Assembly: GCF_006345805.1 (NCBI RefSeq)
Contig: NC_043016.1
Coordinates: 4,092,001 to 4,156,000 of the forward strand
Source: Octopus sinensis
Taxonomy: Eukaryota
Length of the DNA: 64,000 nucleotides
Reading direction: 5' to 3'
Position 1 is the first letter of the stretch, and every line of letters begins with the position of its first letter. The notes below the pieces were generated by a model that did not search any database, was not told the origin of the DNA, and worked only from the letters and a program-made list of their open reading frames with translations. The position numbers and the translations under genes are program-made. Positions 50,421 to 63,381 of this stretch are shown here, in pieces.

Positions 50421-51899
50421 TATTGCTGTTGACCCTCCTCCCCTTACATACACATACCTTAGGCTACATCTAGAAAACAACCCTAACTAACCCTAACTGA
50501 TTGGCATAAAATCACTGACAGAATGCTCCAGTCTCTGGATTACTGATGCACCATCTCCTCTATCTGTCTTTTTCATCGCTGCTATAATAGCTACTACTCT
50601 GGAGCTGCTATTTCCATTCAGATATTCTTGACCCACTTGTCTTTCCTTCTCTTGTCATCCTGTTACCTCACAAGCCCCACACTAATCACTAAATCTGGTC
50701 ATTATCAAAATACACTTCTAGAAAACAATTCTAGAATGGCATTGATCTCACTGTTCACAAGACTTGGAAAGACAACTGGCACTTGGCAGGCCTCCCTTCC
50801 TGACCCAGGAAGTGATAAAAAAAAAAAAAGAATAGAAACAAAAAAAGCTGTATCATACAAACACATCTGCACTGATTTTACAATTATAAAATAAAATTAT
50901 TACAAAAGGAAAGAAAGATAGAATGAATATAAAATTGCTACTAAGTTATATGTGATATAAATATGAATGTTTCTGTAGCTAATGAAAGCAGGGCAAAAAC
51001 TAAATTAGCTGAAGCCAAATTAGCTGGGATTCAAACAAACAACAAAGCTCTTGTAGAAGACAATAGCTAATTATATTTGGGTTAGGGAATGCCTCTTCAG
51101 TGCTGTCACTTATGGAATGTTCAAAGAAAAAAAGAAGTCTTCAGAAAGTTGTATGAGACCTATTTAAATGCCATAGATAAGTAGTTTTATAAGATGCTAT
51201 CAAAAGTATTTATTTGGTGTCCTGGCATTTAATTTTTATTTGTTTTACTTGTTTGTTGGAGTGATGGTGATGGTTTACACTTCTTTTTTTTTTTTTTTTT
51301 AATATTTTAGTAGTAGCAGACCAAAAATAATTTAATGATGTGATGTGGGAATACTTCCTATTGTTGCATGTGTGTGTGTGTTGGAAACAAAGATGGCTAC
51401 TAAAGCACCAAGGTTTATTTTTTTTTTGTGTGAGTTGTCAAAATAATGATCAGAAAGGACGAAGTTACCATTATATAAGTTTGTTAAAAGTTTGGATCAA
51501 ACGTGTGAGAGTTAAATTATCAAGAGAATAGCAGTAGAAAGGAGGAGGAATTTATATATTGTAAAATTATTACATAAAAATGTATTAGTATTGTTGTTAA
51601 GTTAATAATAATTATTAGGCAGCTAACTCATATGATGCAGAAAATTTAAAATTATTTCATCTTTATTCCTAATTCCTTACTGAGTAACTAAGGGAGTATA
51701 GTTGAATCAGAAGAATGTTATAAATATTGATTTATCAAAGTCAAATTTTAATGAGCTTCATGTTTGATAGTTATCTGAAAGTAGGATAGACAACTAATTG
51801 TGAATACTAAATCATTTCCAGATTTTTTTATTTTTTTCTCTGGGTGGCTGTATTTTGAGAGTATGGGAAATAAATTGTTTTAGTCAGTTGGTATTCATA

Positions 51900-52170
51900 A
51901 TCATCATCATACTCATCATCATTTAATGTCCGTTGTCCATGCTGGCATGGGTTGGACAGTTTGAACAGTGCTGGTAGGCTGAGGAGCTGCACCAGATTCC
52001 AGTTTGATTTGGCATGGTTTCTACAGCTGGATGCCCTTCCTCACAGGAACCCCTCTGAGAATGTAATGGGTGCTTTTATATGTCCCCAGAATGGGTGCCA
52101 CTCATGTGACACCAGTATCTGCCACAGCCATGATTTCATCCGGCTTGATGGACCTTCCTTCTCAAGCACA
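51900..52170 (-). mobile_element. RTE 3'UTR fragment
   Basis: catcatcatttaatgtccgttgtccatgctggcatggg. Confidence 0.75.
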
Positions 52171-52524
52171 GCGTATACCTCTATAATTATTGATAAAAGT
52201 GCCAGCAAATTTATCAAAGCTTAATTTTTTTGCACAAAATTTCAAAAAGCTGTAATAGAATTAACTCTGATCTCACCTTCTAAACCTATTAAAATAGGGT
52301 AATGTATAATCTGTAATGGATCAGTTAATTTAATAATTATTAATATTATCATCTAGATAAATCTAGACTCTTAGTGAAGGAATTAACAGTATCTCTGAGA
52401 ATTGGAACACAAACTTTTGAAACTTTGTATTTTGCCAAATGTAAAATTATATAAAGGATAATGTAAAAGATATGTATTTTGTTAATGAGATATATATGTA
52501 TTTGTGTGTGTGTGTGTCTCTGTC

Positions 52525-53460
52525 TCTATCATCATCATCATCATCGTTTTAACGTCCGCTTTCCATGCTAGCATGGGTTGGACGAATGACCGAGGGCTGG
52601 CGAACCAGATCTGACAGAGTGACTAATCTCATGTGACTACAGCTGGATGACCTTCCTAACGCCAACCACTCCGAGAGTGTAGTGCGTGCTTTTTAGTGCC
52701 ACCGGCATGGGGCCAGTCAGGCGGTACTGTTAACGACTTCGCTCGAATCTTTTACACATGCCACCGGCATGGGTGTCAGTAAGGCGATGCTGGTAATGAT
52801 CATGCTTGAATGGTGTCTTTTACATGCCACCGGCACGGAGGCAAGATAGCCGCTCTGGCAATGTTCATGCTTGGATGGTGCTCTTAATGCCCTACTAGCA
52901 TGAGGCTCTAGTGCCAGTAAGGCGACGCTGGTAACGATCACGCTCGAATGGTACCTTTTAAGTGCCACTGGCACTGAAGCCGGTTAGCCGCTCTGTCAGT
53001 GATCACACTCGTATGGTGCTCTTTGCACCCTTCTAGCACAGATGCCAGTCATCGAATTGATTTTGATTTCACTTGCCTCAACAGGTCTTCGCAAGCTGAG
53101 TTTTAGTGTCCAAAGAAGGAAAAGGTATGCATAAGTGGGCTGGCATAGGCCACGAGATTATGGTCTCATTTGGCTTGCCAGGTCTTCTCACGCACGGCAT
53201 ATTTCCAAAAGTCTCGGTCATTAGTCATTTCCTTGGTAAGGCCTAAAGTTCGAAGGTCGTGCTTCACCACTTCATCCCAGGTCTTCCTGGGTCTACCTCT
53301 TTCACAAGTTCCCTCAGCTGCTAGGGTGTGGCACTTTTTCACACAGCTGTCCTCATCCATTCTCGCCACATGACCATACAAGCGCAGTCAGCTCTCTTGC
53401 ACACCACATCTGATGCTTCTTAGGTCCAACGTTTCTCTCAAGGTACTTACACTCTGTCGA
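52525..53460 (-). mobile_element. Young RTE 3' end: ORF2 C-terminus, 3'UTR with tandem array, and (GAT)n tail
   Basis: YGHVARMDEDSCVKKCHTLAAEGTCERGRPRKTWDEVVKHDLRTLGL; CpG-rich 3'UTR. Confidence 0.88.
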
Positions 53461-53999
53461 GATGGGTGCGTGTGTGTGCATGTATGTCTGTACACATTGT
53501 GTGTGTATTATAAGAATGTAAATACTTCAAGACACATGAAATAATTTGTTTTTAACAGTGGAACATGAAGTAAAAATAGCTATAAGTAATAACATGTAGC
53601 ATATTCGGTTAGAAATCCCTTGAATGGAAAAAAGTTGAAAGCTTAACCTCTTATTCTACATGCTGTTATTTATAGCTTTGTGCACTTTGAGTTCCACTGT
53701 TAAAAACTAATTTACTTTGTATTTCTAAAAGTTTCTAAATTCTTCTAATGTAAACATTTAGCAATTCTTGCTGATAGGAACAAAGATTCCAAAATGGATG
53801 GAGAAGATTCCAAGTATTGATTTTTGGTATAATGGTTAGAACATCTATCATGTTTGCATAAGATATCAGTTTATCTCCCCATGGGCAGCCTTTGATCTTT
53901 TTCCATCCAAGGCTTTTTTAGCCAAATGTTGAATATATTAGTATTTATAACTCCATCTACTTCAAGTATCAGCATTGAAGAAAATTTATTTGACATATA

Positions 54000-54950
54000 G
54001 GTGAGTTGGCAAAGCCGTTCTGTGAAGGACAAAATGCTTTGGTTGTTTCTTCTGTCTTTATGTTCTGAGTTCAAATTCTGCCAAGGTCGACTTCTTTTAG
54101 TGGCTCAGGCATGGCTTTGTTGTAAGAAACTTACTTTCCAACCACATGGTTCTAGGTTTGGTCCCACTGCATGGTACCTTTGGCAAGTGTTTTCTGCTAT
54201 AGCCCTGGGCTGACCAGCTACTTCAACATAAATTTCATGAGCAAGCTGCTCAGTTGTGCTGATCAATGGGAACGCTCATTGTCGTAACTGGTGGAGGAGT
54301 GCCAGTGGGCACACACACACACGCTTTATCTTTTACTTGTTTCAGTCATTACACTGTAACCATGCCGGGGCACCGACTTGAAGAATTTTCAGTCAAATGA
54401 ATTGACCCCAGAACATTACTTTTTAAGCCTGATACTGTCGTGCTGAACTGCGAAGTTACAGGGACATAAACACACCAACACCGGTTGTCAAGCAGTGGTA
54501 AGGGGTAGGCCATTGCCAGCCTCACCTGACCCCCGTGCTGGTGACTCGTAAAAAGCACCATCCGATCGTGGCCATTTGCCAGCCTCGTCTGGCACCTGTG
54601 CCGGTGGCACGTAAAAAGCATCCACTACACTCACGGAGTGGTTGGCGTTAGGAAGGGCATCCAGCTGTAGAAACATTGCCAGATAAGACTGGGCCTGATG
54701 CAGCCTTCTGGCTTCCCAGACCCCAGTTGAACCGTCCAACCCATGCTAGCATGGAAAGCGGATGCTAAACGAAGATGATGATGATGATGAGACACGCACA
54801 CATATACACGACAGGCTTCTTTCAGTTTCCGTCTACCAAATCCACTCAAGGCTTTGGTCAGTCTGTGGTTATAGTAGAAGACACTTGCCCAAGGTGGGAC
54901 TAAACCTGGAGTCATGTGGTTGGGAAGCAAGTTTCTTACTAGACAGTCAT
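54000..54950. mobile_element. Mosaic of SINE fragments in both orientations with an RTE 3'UTR (+) at about 54520-54790
   Basis: Meta-like piece 54000-54095, main-family head 54100-54212, another SINE body 54220-54305, main-family tail and body (-) 54325-54510, main-family head (-) 54800-54950. Confidence 0.7.
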
Positions 54951-55609
54951 GTGTATGCGTGTATTCTTCTTATGCATATATCAATGTGTGTGTGTGTGTG
55001 TGTATTTATACATAGATGAAAGGAAGAAAGAGATTATTTTATAATAAATTGGGTAGGGCCATTGAGGCAGAAAAGAATCGTCTTTAATGTTTGGTTCCAA
55101 CTTAGGTCTGAGCCTCAGCAACATCAGTAAAGCTAGCATATCTGTATTTCTTTGATGGCATGGATTATGTAATTCTGCTCCCTCTATTATATGAAGTATC
55201 AAATTCTCATAGAAATGAAACATCATTTATTGTTAGTTGAAAAAATAATAAATGCATGTGTGCGCAGAAAGTATTTCATTACTGTTGGTTAAAACAATCT
55301 GCTGCCATTTCATAAGAGTCATAGCAAAGCATTTTTCTTTCTTTCTTTCTTTCTTTCTTTAATTTAGAAGCAACAAGATTTTTGATCAGAGCTGATTTCT
55401 TGACTGTTTCTTGTGATCAGATATCCTTGATTGTTCAGAAATAATAATCATTTTTTTTTTCTTTTAAAAAAGAAAGCAATTATGCTACTAAGCACAAACA
55501 TTCCCCCAAATATTGTTTAAGAGAAAGAGCTTATAAATCTTTAGTTTTTTCCCTGGTTTTACTTGTTGACAATTTGAAATATTACAATATTTGAAATATT
55601 ATTACACTT

Positions 55610-55800
55610 TGGCAGCAAGCTGGCAGAATCATTAGCATGCCGGGCAAAATTCTTAGTGGCATTTCATTGCTGGGGTCGACTTTGTCTTCCATCCTTCCAG
55701 GATCAGTAAAATAAGTACCAGTTGAACACTGGAGTAGATATACTTGACTTTCTCTCTCTCTCGAAACTTCTGGCCTTGTACCAAAATGTGAAACCATTTA
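55610..55800 (+). mobile_element. Meta-like SINE copy
   Basis: ggcagcaagctggcagaatcattagcatgccgggcaaaa...gtcgactttgtcttccatccttcc...aataagtaccag. Confidence 0.7.
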
Positions 55801-56094
55801 TACACTGTTGCCAATAAAATTTAATGGGAAATGTTAAAACAATGTATGCAACATCAGTAGTAAAATATACTTTAAAATAATTGAATAATATATATACATT
55901 ATTAGCAGTAAAGTACAATATACCGTGAAATATTAAAATATACCTAACTGTCAGTAAGATCTATAATTAATGAGCAGAGAAAGCTATTATGCAGTTACTT
56001 GACCAACTAGAAATGATATCCAACTCTCCCTCAGACCACACCTGCCATCGTAGAGAGTGAATGTTGGCTAATGTGCCTGAGAAAATATTGAATG

Positions 56095-56195
56095 GGCCCA
56101 ACTGAAAGCTGGAGGGTATATCTGCCAAAACGTTGTGTTAACAACAAGCAAGATGAGGACAAATGTCCGTCAAATATAAATGATGTAAATAATGT
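56095..56195 (+). mobile_element. Isolated tail of the 18366-18625 SINE family (decayed hammerhead-like)
   Basis: gctggagggtatatctgccaaaacgttgtgttaacaacaagcaagatgaggacaaatgtccgtcaaat. Confidence 0.75.
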
Positions 56196-57109
56196 TTCAC
56201 TTGATTTGTTGAAAATGAGTCAAGATGTTTTTCATTTTCTCTGCTAGTTAACTATAGATCTTACTGGCAATTATATTTCAGTATGTCACATTATACTTTA
56301 CTGGGTAACAGTCTATATATATGATGTCCAATCATGGGAAACTGTTACCTTGCTTTGAAATAAGTGAACTGTGCAACATGAAGCACATCATCCAGCTATA
56401 AAAGAATCTGCCTCAAAAAATTCTGTCCTGGCCGATGCAAGCATGGAAAAGTGGGCATTCAGATGACAACAATGGTGAAGGTGATAATGATCTCTCTTTC
56501 ACTTTCTCTCTCTCTGACTCTCTCTGAATTTCCTCTCTCTCTCTCTTTCTGACTCTCCACCCCTGACTCTCTCATACACTCATGATCACGGAAAATATTG
56601 CCTTTGTAACATCTTCATTTTGTTTTTCAGCTTAAAAAAAAATTATAAATCAAAGTTCACCTTGTAAAATTCTGCTTTGGTGCTGAACAAACAAAATGAT
56701 ATTGTCTGTAACATTTTTCATAATGTTTTAATAACTTGAGATTTGGGTGACCTTTCTTAATAACCTAAATATATCTTCCTGTGATTATTACTGGTTCATG
56801 ACTAAAATGTGATTATTGATGTTAATCCCCACTCTCCTGTTCACCCAACCCATCCTCCAATTCACCCCCCCCCCAAACTACCTAAATTAACTACTATCTC
56901 TGAGAAAACCTTCTGCTAGCTCCCTTTACTCATCGCCCAATTTTGTGCCTATATTTCTGACATGATGCTTTCTCGTTTGTATTTTTTGTATTCTTCAATA
57001 TTTTGTTTGTATAAGCATTAGAGTAACAATAATTACATCCAATTAAGTTCTAGAAACTTCTAGAGGACAGTCAATGGTTCATCATATACTTTTATTGAAT
57101 CCACTTGAT

Positions 57110-57310
57110 CGTCATCATCATCATCATCATCATTTAATATCTGATCTCTTTGCTGGTATCTGTTGGACTGTTCAACTGGAGTTGGCCAGCTGGAGTGCTT
57201 CTTGGGCTCCATTTGTCTGTTTTGGTTTGGTTTTTTATGGTTACCCTTCCCAATGCCAACCACTTTAGAGATTGTACTGGGTGCTTTTGATAGGTGCATT
57301 TGCATGGCAC
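57110..57310 (-). mobile_element. RTE 3'UTR fragment
   Basis: (ATC)n tail followed by a degenerate 3'UTR signature. Confidence 0.65.
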
Positions 57311-58049
57311 CACCATGGCTACATTTAAGTGGCCCTTTTTATTGAAATTATCTCCTGTAATTCTCTAAATTATGTATTATCATGGATTAGTCCACATGAG
57401 ATTAGTCACTGCAATAATTTATTTAGTGTTAAATTTATCCCTTCCTACAAATGATAATTTTAATTAAATAGTTTGTAATCTAATACATCTTTAAACGAAC
57501 ATTTGTTAGTAATTATCATTTATACTACACAAGATTATTTTGTCTTTAAATGAATGCATTTTTAAACAATTTCTATAAACTTTCTTCTTAGATTGAAGTG
57601 TGTGTGTAATCAGCACATAATTAGGATTTATAAGCAAGAGAGTGCTTATATATACTTTTGAAGATGAAAACAGTTCACTAATAGCTCTGGTGATCAACTT
57701 TTGTGTTTAACACTTATTAAATTAGAGTCTGTGTCCCTCAGAAAGGGTGCTATTTATAAATAGTTTTCTATGGTCATATGGTGGTACAACGTTGAAATTT
57801 TACATATGTGATTAGTTGTTTAAAATAGCTGTTGCATTGTTATATTAAATTATAGTTTTGTTTTTGTTTTTTATATTAGATCTGTATATGCACACACAAA
57901 CACATACATACACTGATATATCTGTGAATATTAACAACTGTAATAAATATTCTGCTGAATCAATTTCTGGGTGTTTCCCCTCACATCTAACTGCTTCATC
58001 AGATAGAATAAGCAATTTATACAGTTGATGGATGAGATTTTTTATACAG

Positions 58050-58960
58050 TCCTAGTATGGTCTTGGCATTTCTTATAAAACTTCTTTTCTGAAGGTCTCA
58101 TCAGAGTGGACAGTTGTTAATAGATTCACTGGCCTTTTGTCATTACAGGAATTGTACAAAATGTGCCCATCTCTGAATGTAATGATGGACTTGCCTTCTT
58201 CGAGTGTTGCTGCTTTGATTTCATTAGGCATAACCTGGTAGTTTACATGTAATATGCTACATACTCTTGTTCTGAGTTGGGCTAGGTCCTGAAATAATGC
58301 AGGCAATGAAAAAATTGTCCATGTAAATAATATTTTCCTTATTTTACACATTCTCTAAGAGGAAAGAATCCACAACACCAACTGCCATTGGTGCCTGGGC
58401 TATTTCTTAGCCCATGTACAACTACCAGTTGTAGATATAGCCAGTTTTTGTGTCAGCCAGCCCCACAGATTTTCAGGCATCACTTGGTTGCTTTTGCTGG
58501 CTTCTAGATTTGTAGGTCTGTTCTTCTTTTGAAAAAAAATCATACTTTCATCAACTGAAAATGTTTTCCGGGATGAAAGTATTTCTGCCAAAGTGGCGCA
58601 AGCTTTTCAAAAAGCAGCCAGATCTTATGTGCCCTATTGTGATGAGAGTGGTTCCTTTCTTTCACTTTGGAGTTGTCCAAAAGATGGAAAAAAAGAACAG
58701 GATTCTCAGAGATCTCTCTCTGAAGTCTAGCATTTTAGTAAAGTCATCAGTTGACCAGTATAAATCTGTTGATGAGTTTTTAGTAAGCCCAATCAGAAGC
58801 AAAATTGCTAGAAATGCTTTCATTTTTTCAAAGGTGATGCCCTTCCATGTGCTGATGTATGAGTAGTCAGCAGCACCTGCCCTCCCCCCCCCCACCAGAT
58901 GCGCATTAAGGAAGAGACAGAAGTGTTGCTTTTCAGAAATGCCATCAGGTACCGCCTTGG
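58050..58960 (-). pseudogene. Decayed piggyBac transposase (PGBD4-like) fragment
   Basis: WKGITFEKMKAFLAILLLIGL...LYWSTD, SVDESMIFF, LADTKTGYIYNW-like and MPNEIK...LEEG...NDKRPVNLLTTVH. No termini found. Confidence 0.8.
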
Positions 58961-59500
58961 GGCCAGTATTTTCCTTGAAAGTAGCCAGCCAGCCAAGGAT
59001 GATAGTATCCACTCAGTACATTGTTCTCACTATCATTATAAACATTTCATCTTCTGGGAGATAGAGCAGTGGCACCAGAGGGGCTTCCATAGGGTTTAGA
59101 TGATCCCATCAGGTAGAACACATATGCGGTTGATTTCTGGGGTTAGCTCTCCATTGTTGTTGCCTGTGCATATGCAGTCGATATCCTGTCTGGAAAGGTT
59201 GTCACTGGTCAGAATCAACCATGAGTGTGTGTGTCTGTGTGTTATGTGCCAAGTGATGGTCACATCTTCTGCTGCATATGATAGACGAAGGAGCTGACAA
59301 GCTCCACAACAACAAAATCAATATGGAGAGGAAGAGGGTCTGAGCCATTGCCGATATGCATCAGCTTGGTTTTCACTCGATTCACCTGAAGGCCAAACCT
59401 TGCTGATTCTTCTCTGTAAATTGTCAGTGTGTCTCTGAGCTGGTCGATCGAGTTTCTGAATAGGTGCAAGAGAAAAAATTTGCATGGCAACTGAATATGA
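58960..59500 (-). mobile_element. RTE RT C-terminal fragment (different family)
   Basis: LRDTLTIYREESARFGLQVNRVKTKLM...VELVSSFVY. Confidence 0.65.
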
Positions 59501-59814
59501 CAACAGTGTGCTAAAGGTTAAGCAAGGTATTGAGAGGTAAAAGTGTGTTTAGAGAAGCCTGAATAAGTTTACTTTGTGGAGGAGATCTATGATTACTTCA
59601 CAGTTTACATGCTTTGATTGGCTGATCCGGAGTGGTGCCCCAAAACATGGTAAATATGCTTGTTTTGAGGTACCAGTACATACCTTAATTGGTAACATGT
59701 GAATGAAAGTGAATAGAAGAGAATATAGATAAAAAAGAATCAGGAAGGATGGACAAGCTTGCAAGAGTCTCAGAGAAGAGTAAGAGGTGAAACACATGGA
59801 TTGAAGTGTTCTGA

Positions 59815-59849
<35 letters not shown>

Positions 59850-59851
<2 letters not shown>

Positions 59852-59955
59852 CATCATCATCATCATCATCATCATCATTTAACGTCCGCTTTCCATGCTA
59901 GCATGGGTTGGACGGTTCAACTGGGGTCTGGGGAGCCCGAAAGCTGCACCAGTCC
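59850..59955 (-). mobile_element. RTE terminal 3'UTR, young
   Basis: catcatcatttaacgtccgctttccatgctagcatgggttggacgg. Confidence 0.8.
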
Positions 59956-60480
59956 AGTCATATATATATATACACTGAATGAATGTAGTAAATGATGGCC
60001 AAGTATAGGGAGGTGAAAACATGGGGCGGGGGAATAATAAGAATATGAGATGTTAATTGGGTTGTATTATGTTCTACTTTCATTTCTCAATATCACAAAA
60101 TAATTTACTGATTAGGAGAATGATGGGGTTCAGGGGGTTTGAGGGTTTGGTGGTGATGATTAGAATAAGGAAAGGATGCTAATTGATAGCCACATGCAGG
60201 AAAGATGCTGATTGGCAGTACAGAGGTGGCGATATGAGTGTTTAACAAGTTCCTACACAGTGTGTGCATGCGTGCATGCATCTTTCTATGTATTTCTGTG
60301 TAAAATATGTATATATATTTGTGCAGTTAATTTGCATAGTGCAAAGGTGTGCTAGTGTTCAAGAATGTGTGTGTGTGTGTATATATATATATGTATTTGA
60401 ATGCACTAGGCATATATATGTATACCTAATGCATTCAAATACATACACACACACACACACACATACACTCTCTCTCTCTC

Positions 60481-60627
60481 TGAGAGTGGTTGGCGTTAGG
60501 AAGGGCATCCAGCTGTAGAAACTCCTCCAGGTCAGATTGGAGTCTGGTGCAGCCATCTGGATTGTCAGTTCCCAGTCAAACTGTTCAACCCATGCCAACA
60601 TGGGAGGTGGACATTAGATGATGATGA
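60481..60627 (+). mobile_element. RTE terminal 3'UTR
   Basis: gagtggttggcgttaggaagggcatccagctgtagaaac...ggacattagatgatgatgat. Confidence 0.8.
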
Positions 60628-60697
60628 TATATATATATATATATATATCGAAAAAGAAGTCAAGGTAGAAAATACTAAAATAATTTTATAAAAAAAC

Positions 60698-60742
60698 ATT
60701 TCAGTACCGGTTTCAGTCATTGAGACTTTTTCAACTGTAAAT
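60698..60742 (-). ncRNA. Minimal type-I hammerhead ribozyme candidate (U3-A8 core variant, palindromic stem III)
   Basis: AUUU-A-CAG UUGAAAA AGUC-ucaau-GACU GAAAC-CG-GUA CUG-AAAU: stems I and II pair, NUH is GUA, and ACCGGU is palindromic. Confidence 0.55.
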
Positions 60743-61254
60743 ATGGAAAACAAATTAAATTTTGTGTCTGGGGAGAGTCATTCTCTTTTAGTGCCTTATT
60801 ATTTAACACACTCACCGGTAAAATTTGTTGCAACCTTTTCAATAGTTTTGACTCTTGAAAAGGTTGCAAGACGCAACAAAAATTTTAGGAAAATAAAAGA
60901 TAGAAAAAAAGTGGAAATTTTACTGGTGAGTGTGTTAAATAATAAGGCACTAAAAGAGAATGACTCTCCCCAGACACAACAGAATATGCTTCAACACACG
61001 AACTCATATAAAAAATCTTGCAAACCAAATCCAAAAACGAAATTAAATTTTGGAAAAATTAAAAGAAAAGTATATTAAAAGAATATTTTCATAGTATTCA
61101 AATACAAGGGGCATCTTCCTTGCTTCTGCCTGTCTCTGTCTCTCTTGTTTACTCTTGTGTGGCAGAAACAAGGAAAATGCCCCTTGTATTTGAATACCAT
61201 ACAAATATTCTTTTGAAAAACTTTTTTTTTTCCCAAAATTAATTGTTTTCTACA

Positions 61255-61298
61255 CTTAAAGTTGAAGAAGTCTCAATGACTGAAACTGGTACTGAAAT
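61255..61298 (+). ncRNA. Partly decayed hammerhead copy in the opposite arm
   Basis: UUGAAGA AGUC-ucaau-GACU GAAAC-UG-GUA; stem I weakened and palindrome broken. Confidence 0.35.
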
Positions 61299-61397
61299 GA
61301 TTTTTTATAAAATTAATTTAGTATTTTCTACCTGACTTTTTTTCCATATGTATATCAACTCGTGTGTTCCTTTTCAACCTTCTACATACATACATAT

Positions 61398-61452
<55 letters not shown>

Positions 61453-62849
61453 GATATGCATGTGTGAAGGTACACACACATTGATATACATAAGTATATA
61501 TTTGTGTAAAGATGTACACACACACACATACATGCATCTATACCATGTGTGTGTTTTATATATGTTTTCATTTATGTATAATTTGAGTAGTGAGATAACT
61601 TTCTATGAAATTTACAGTTTTTGATGTATATAATTTTGTGTTTTTTTGTGTAATTCTGCCCAATGTGTTAATGGTGGTGGCAGTGGTGATGATATTTTAA
61701 TCAGGAATCACGTTGAGATAAATATTGTGATTTGGCAGTTCATTTTGTTGAGATGTGTTTCATTTGAAAACTGAACAGCTGAAATGGAGATCAATGAATG
61801 GATTGGTGAATGAGTAAATTATAATAATAACAATCAGTACATCTGTTTAATTATTTGCAAATAGGATGTTTTGTAAACGTATAAAGATTTCTCTTGTGCT
61901 GTGCTTAAATTTGAAGGGAAGCCATGACCTGAAAATCTTGAAATCTTAATTGTATCATGAAGGCATTTCCTTGCAGGGAGTACTAGTTAATTTGGCAGAG
62001 TCATTAGAGCATTGGATAGAATACCTTATTATATGTTATTTTTGTGTTCAGCTCCTGCTGAGCTCAACTCTGCCTTTCTTTTTTTACAGGGATGATATTG
62101 TAAAGTAGTCATCAAATAATTGGGTTGACAGCATCCAGCTCACTCAATGATTCTCAGCTATTTTTTATTTATGGACCTCTTTGGTTTCTATTTTATTCTA
62201 GAGGACCCCCATGGTCATTCAATGTTTAAAAACTAGTTTTAGACAAGCTTCTTTCAAAATTCCTATTTCGTTTATCACACTTTAACTTGTGTAGGTTGAA
62301 CTATGCAAAACATCAGAGAAAGACCCCTTGCTGTTTCTTTGCAATACTGATATCTAAAGCAAAATTTTTACATGGACCCGAAACAAACTACTGTGGACCC
62401 TATTTACTATTTGGCTTGTGTGGATCCCCCAAAATATTATATAGACCCCCGAGGTGTCATATGGATCCCAGCTGAGCATTGCTGCTTTAGCTAAATCCCT
62501 TCTTCAGATTTCAGTCCTTGAAACAATTAAGGACAATGTATTAACAGAATCAATAGTGTTAGTATTTCATTCAGCCCCTTATGTTCTGGTTTCAGATCAT
62601 GCTGTGGTCAGCTTCACTATTTGTCCCTCTAGGGAATTACTAGTCAAGTTCCGGACCAAATGTCATGCTTTATGCTTATGTATGAAACAGCTGTTAAGGG
62701 TTGTGAGTCATTAGAGCACCAAAATAATGTCTTGTGTTTGTTTTAACTATTCATGTTTTGAGTTTAAATCCCATCAAGAAATTTGCCTTTCATCTTTTAC
62801 AGTTTATAAAAGGAAGTGCCTAAATTAGAAACATGGGTGGTAAATTGGC

Positions 62850-63050
62850 AGAAGTATTAGAGCAATGGAAAGCATGCCTTGTGATATTTCTCCCACTTTT
62901 ATATGTGCTGGGTTCAAACCTCACATTGGTTAGCTTTGCCTTTGTTCCTTTGAGGATTAATAAAGTCAAGTATCAATCAAATTCTGGGGTCAGTAGTATG
63001 AAGAAACCCCTTTCTTTAAAAACTACTGGCCTTCAGTGGTATCTCTCTCC
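62850..63050 (+). mobile_element. Decayed Meta-like SINE
   Basis: gtgctgggttcaaacc...ttagctttgcctttgttcctttgaggattaataaagtcaagtatc. Confidence 0.55.
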
Positions 63051-63381
63051 TCAGAATTGCAGGCCTGGAATTTCTTCCCTAATTTTTCAACAGATTTAGC
63101 TATGGAAACTAAGTTATCACTGGACAAAAGTTCCCTCAAACAACCCATATTATAAGATTTTCAAAGAAACTAGAAATCTTTTAACTGAAATCACAGATTT
63201 GTGTATAAAAAAGCAATGGAATTTTCTGTAAGACACTTGAAATTTTCTCTGGAATTAGAGGAACTGGTTACTAACAAAACCACTATTTAGTAATAACTTT
63301 TAAATTGTAAGTTCAAGTCCCACTGTAGTTTACGCTGAGTTCTGTTTCTGGGTAGTTACTAAAATAAATATGACTAATATA

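Larger units (their letters stand above)
60651..61343. mobile_element. Foldback element with nested inverted repeats and terminal hammerhead motifs (Penelope-like derivative?)
   Basis: Outer IR 60651-60764/61234-61343; inner IRs 60762-60826/60915-60979, 60828-60842/60855-60869 and 61077-61130/61161-61214. Confidence 0.7.

Noticed and set aside
52690-53045. CRISPR-like repeat-spacer look
   Set aside because: The spacers are homologous to one another, the array sits in a LINE 3'UTR, the genome is eukaryotic and there are no cas genes.
60743-61078. 111-aa ORF inside the foldback element
   Set aside because: It runs through inverted repeats, is compositionally biased and has no motif I recognise.
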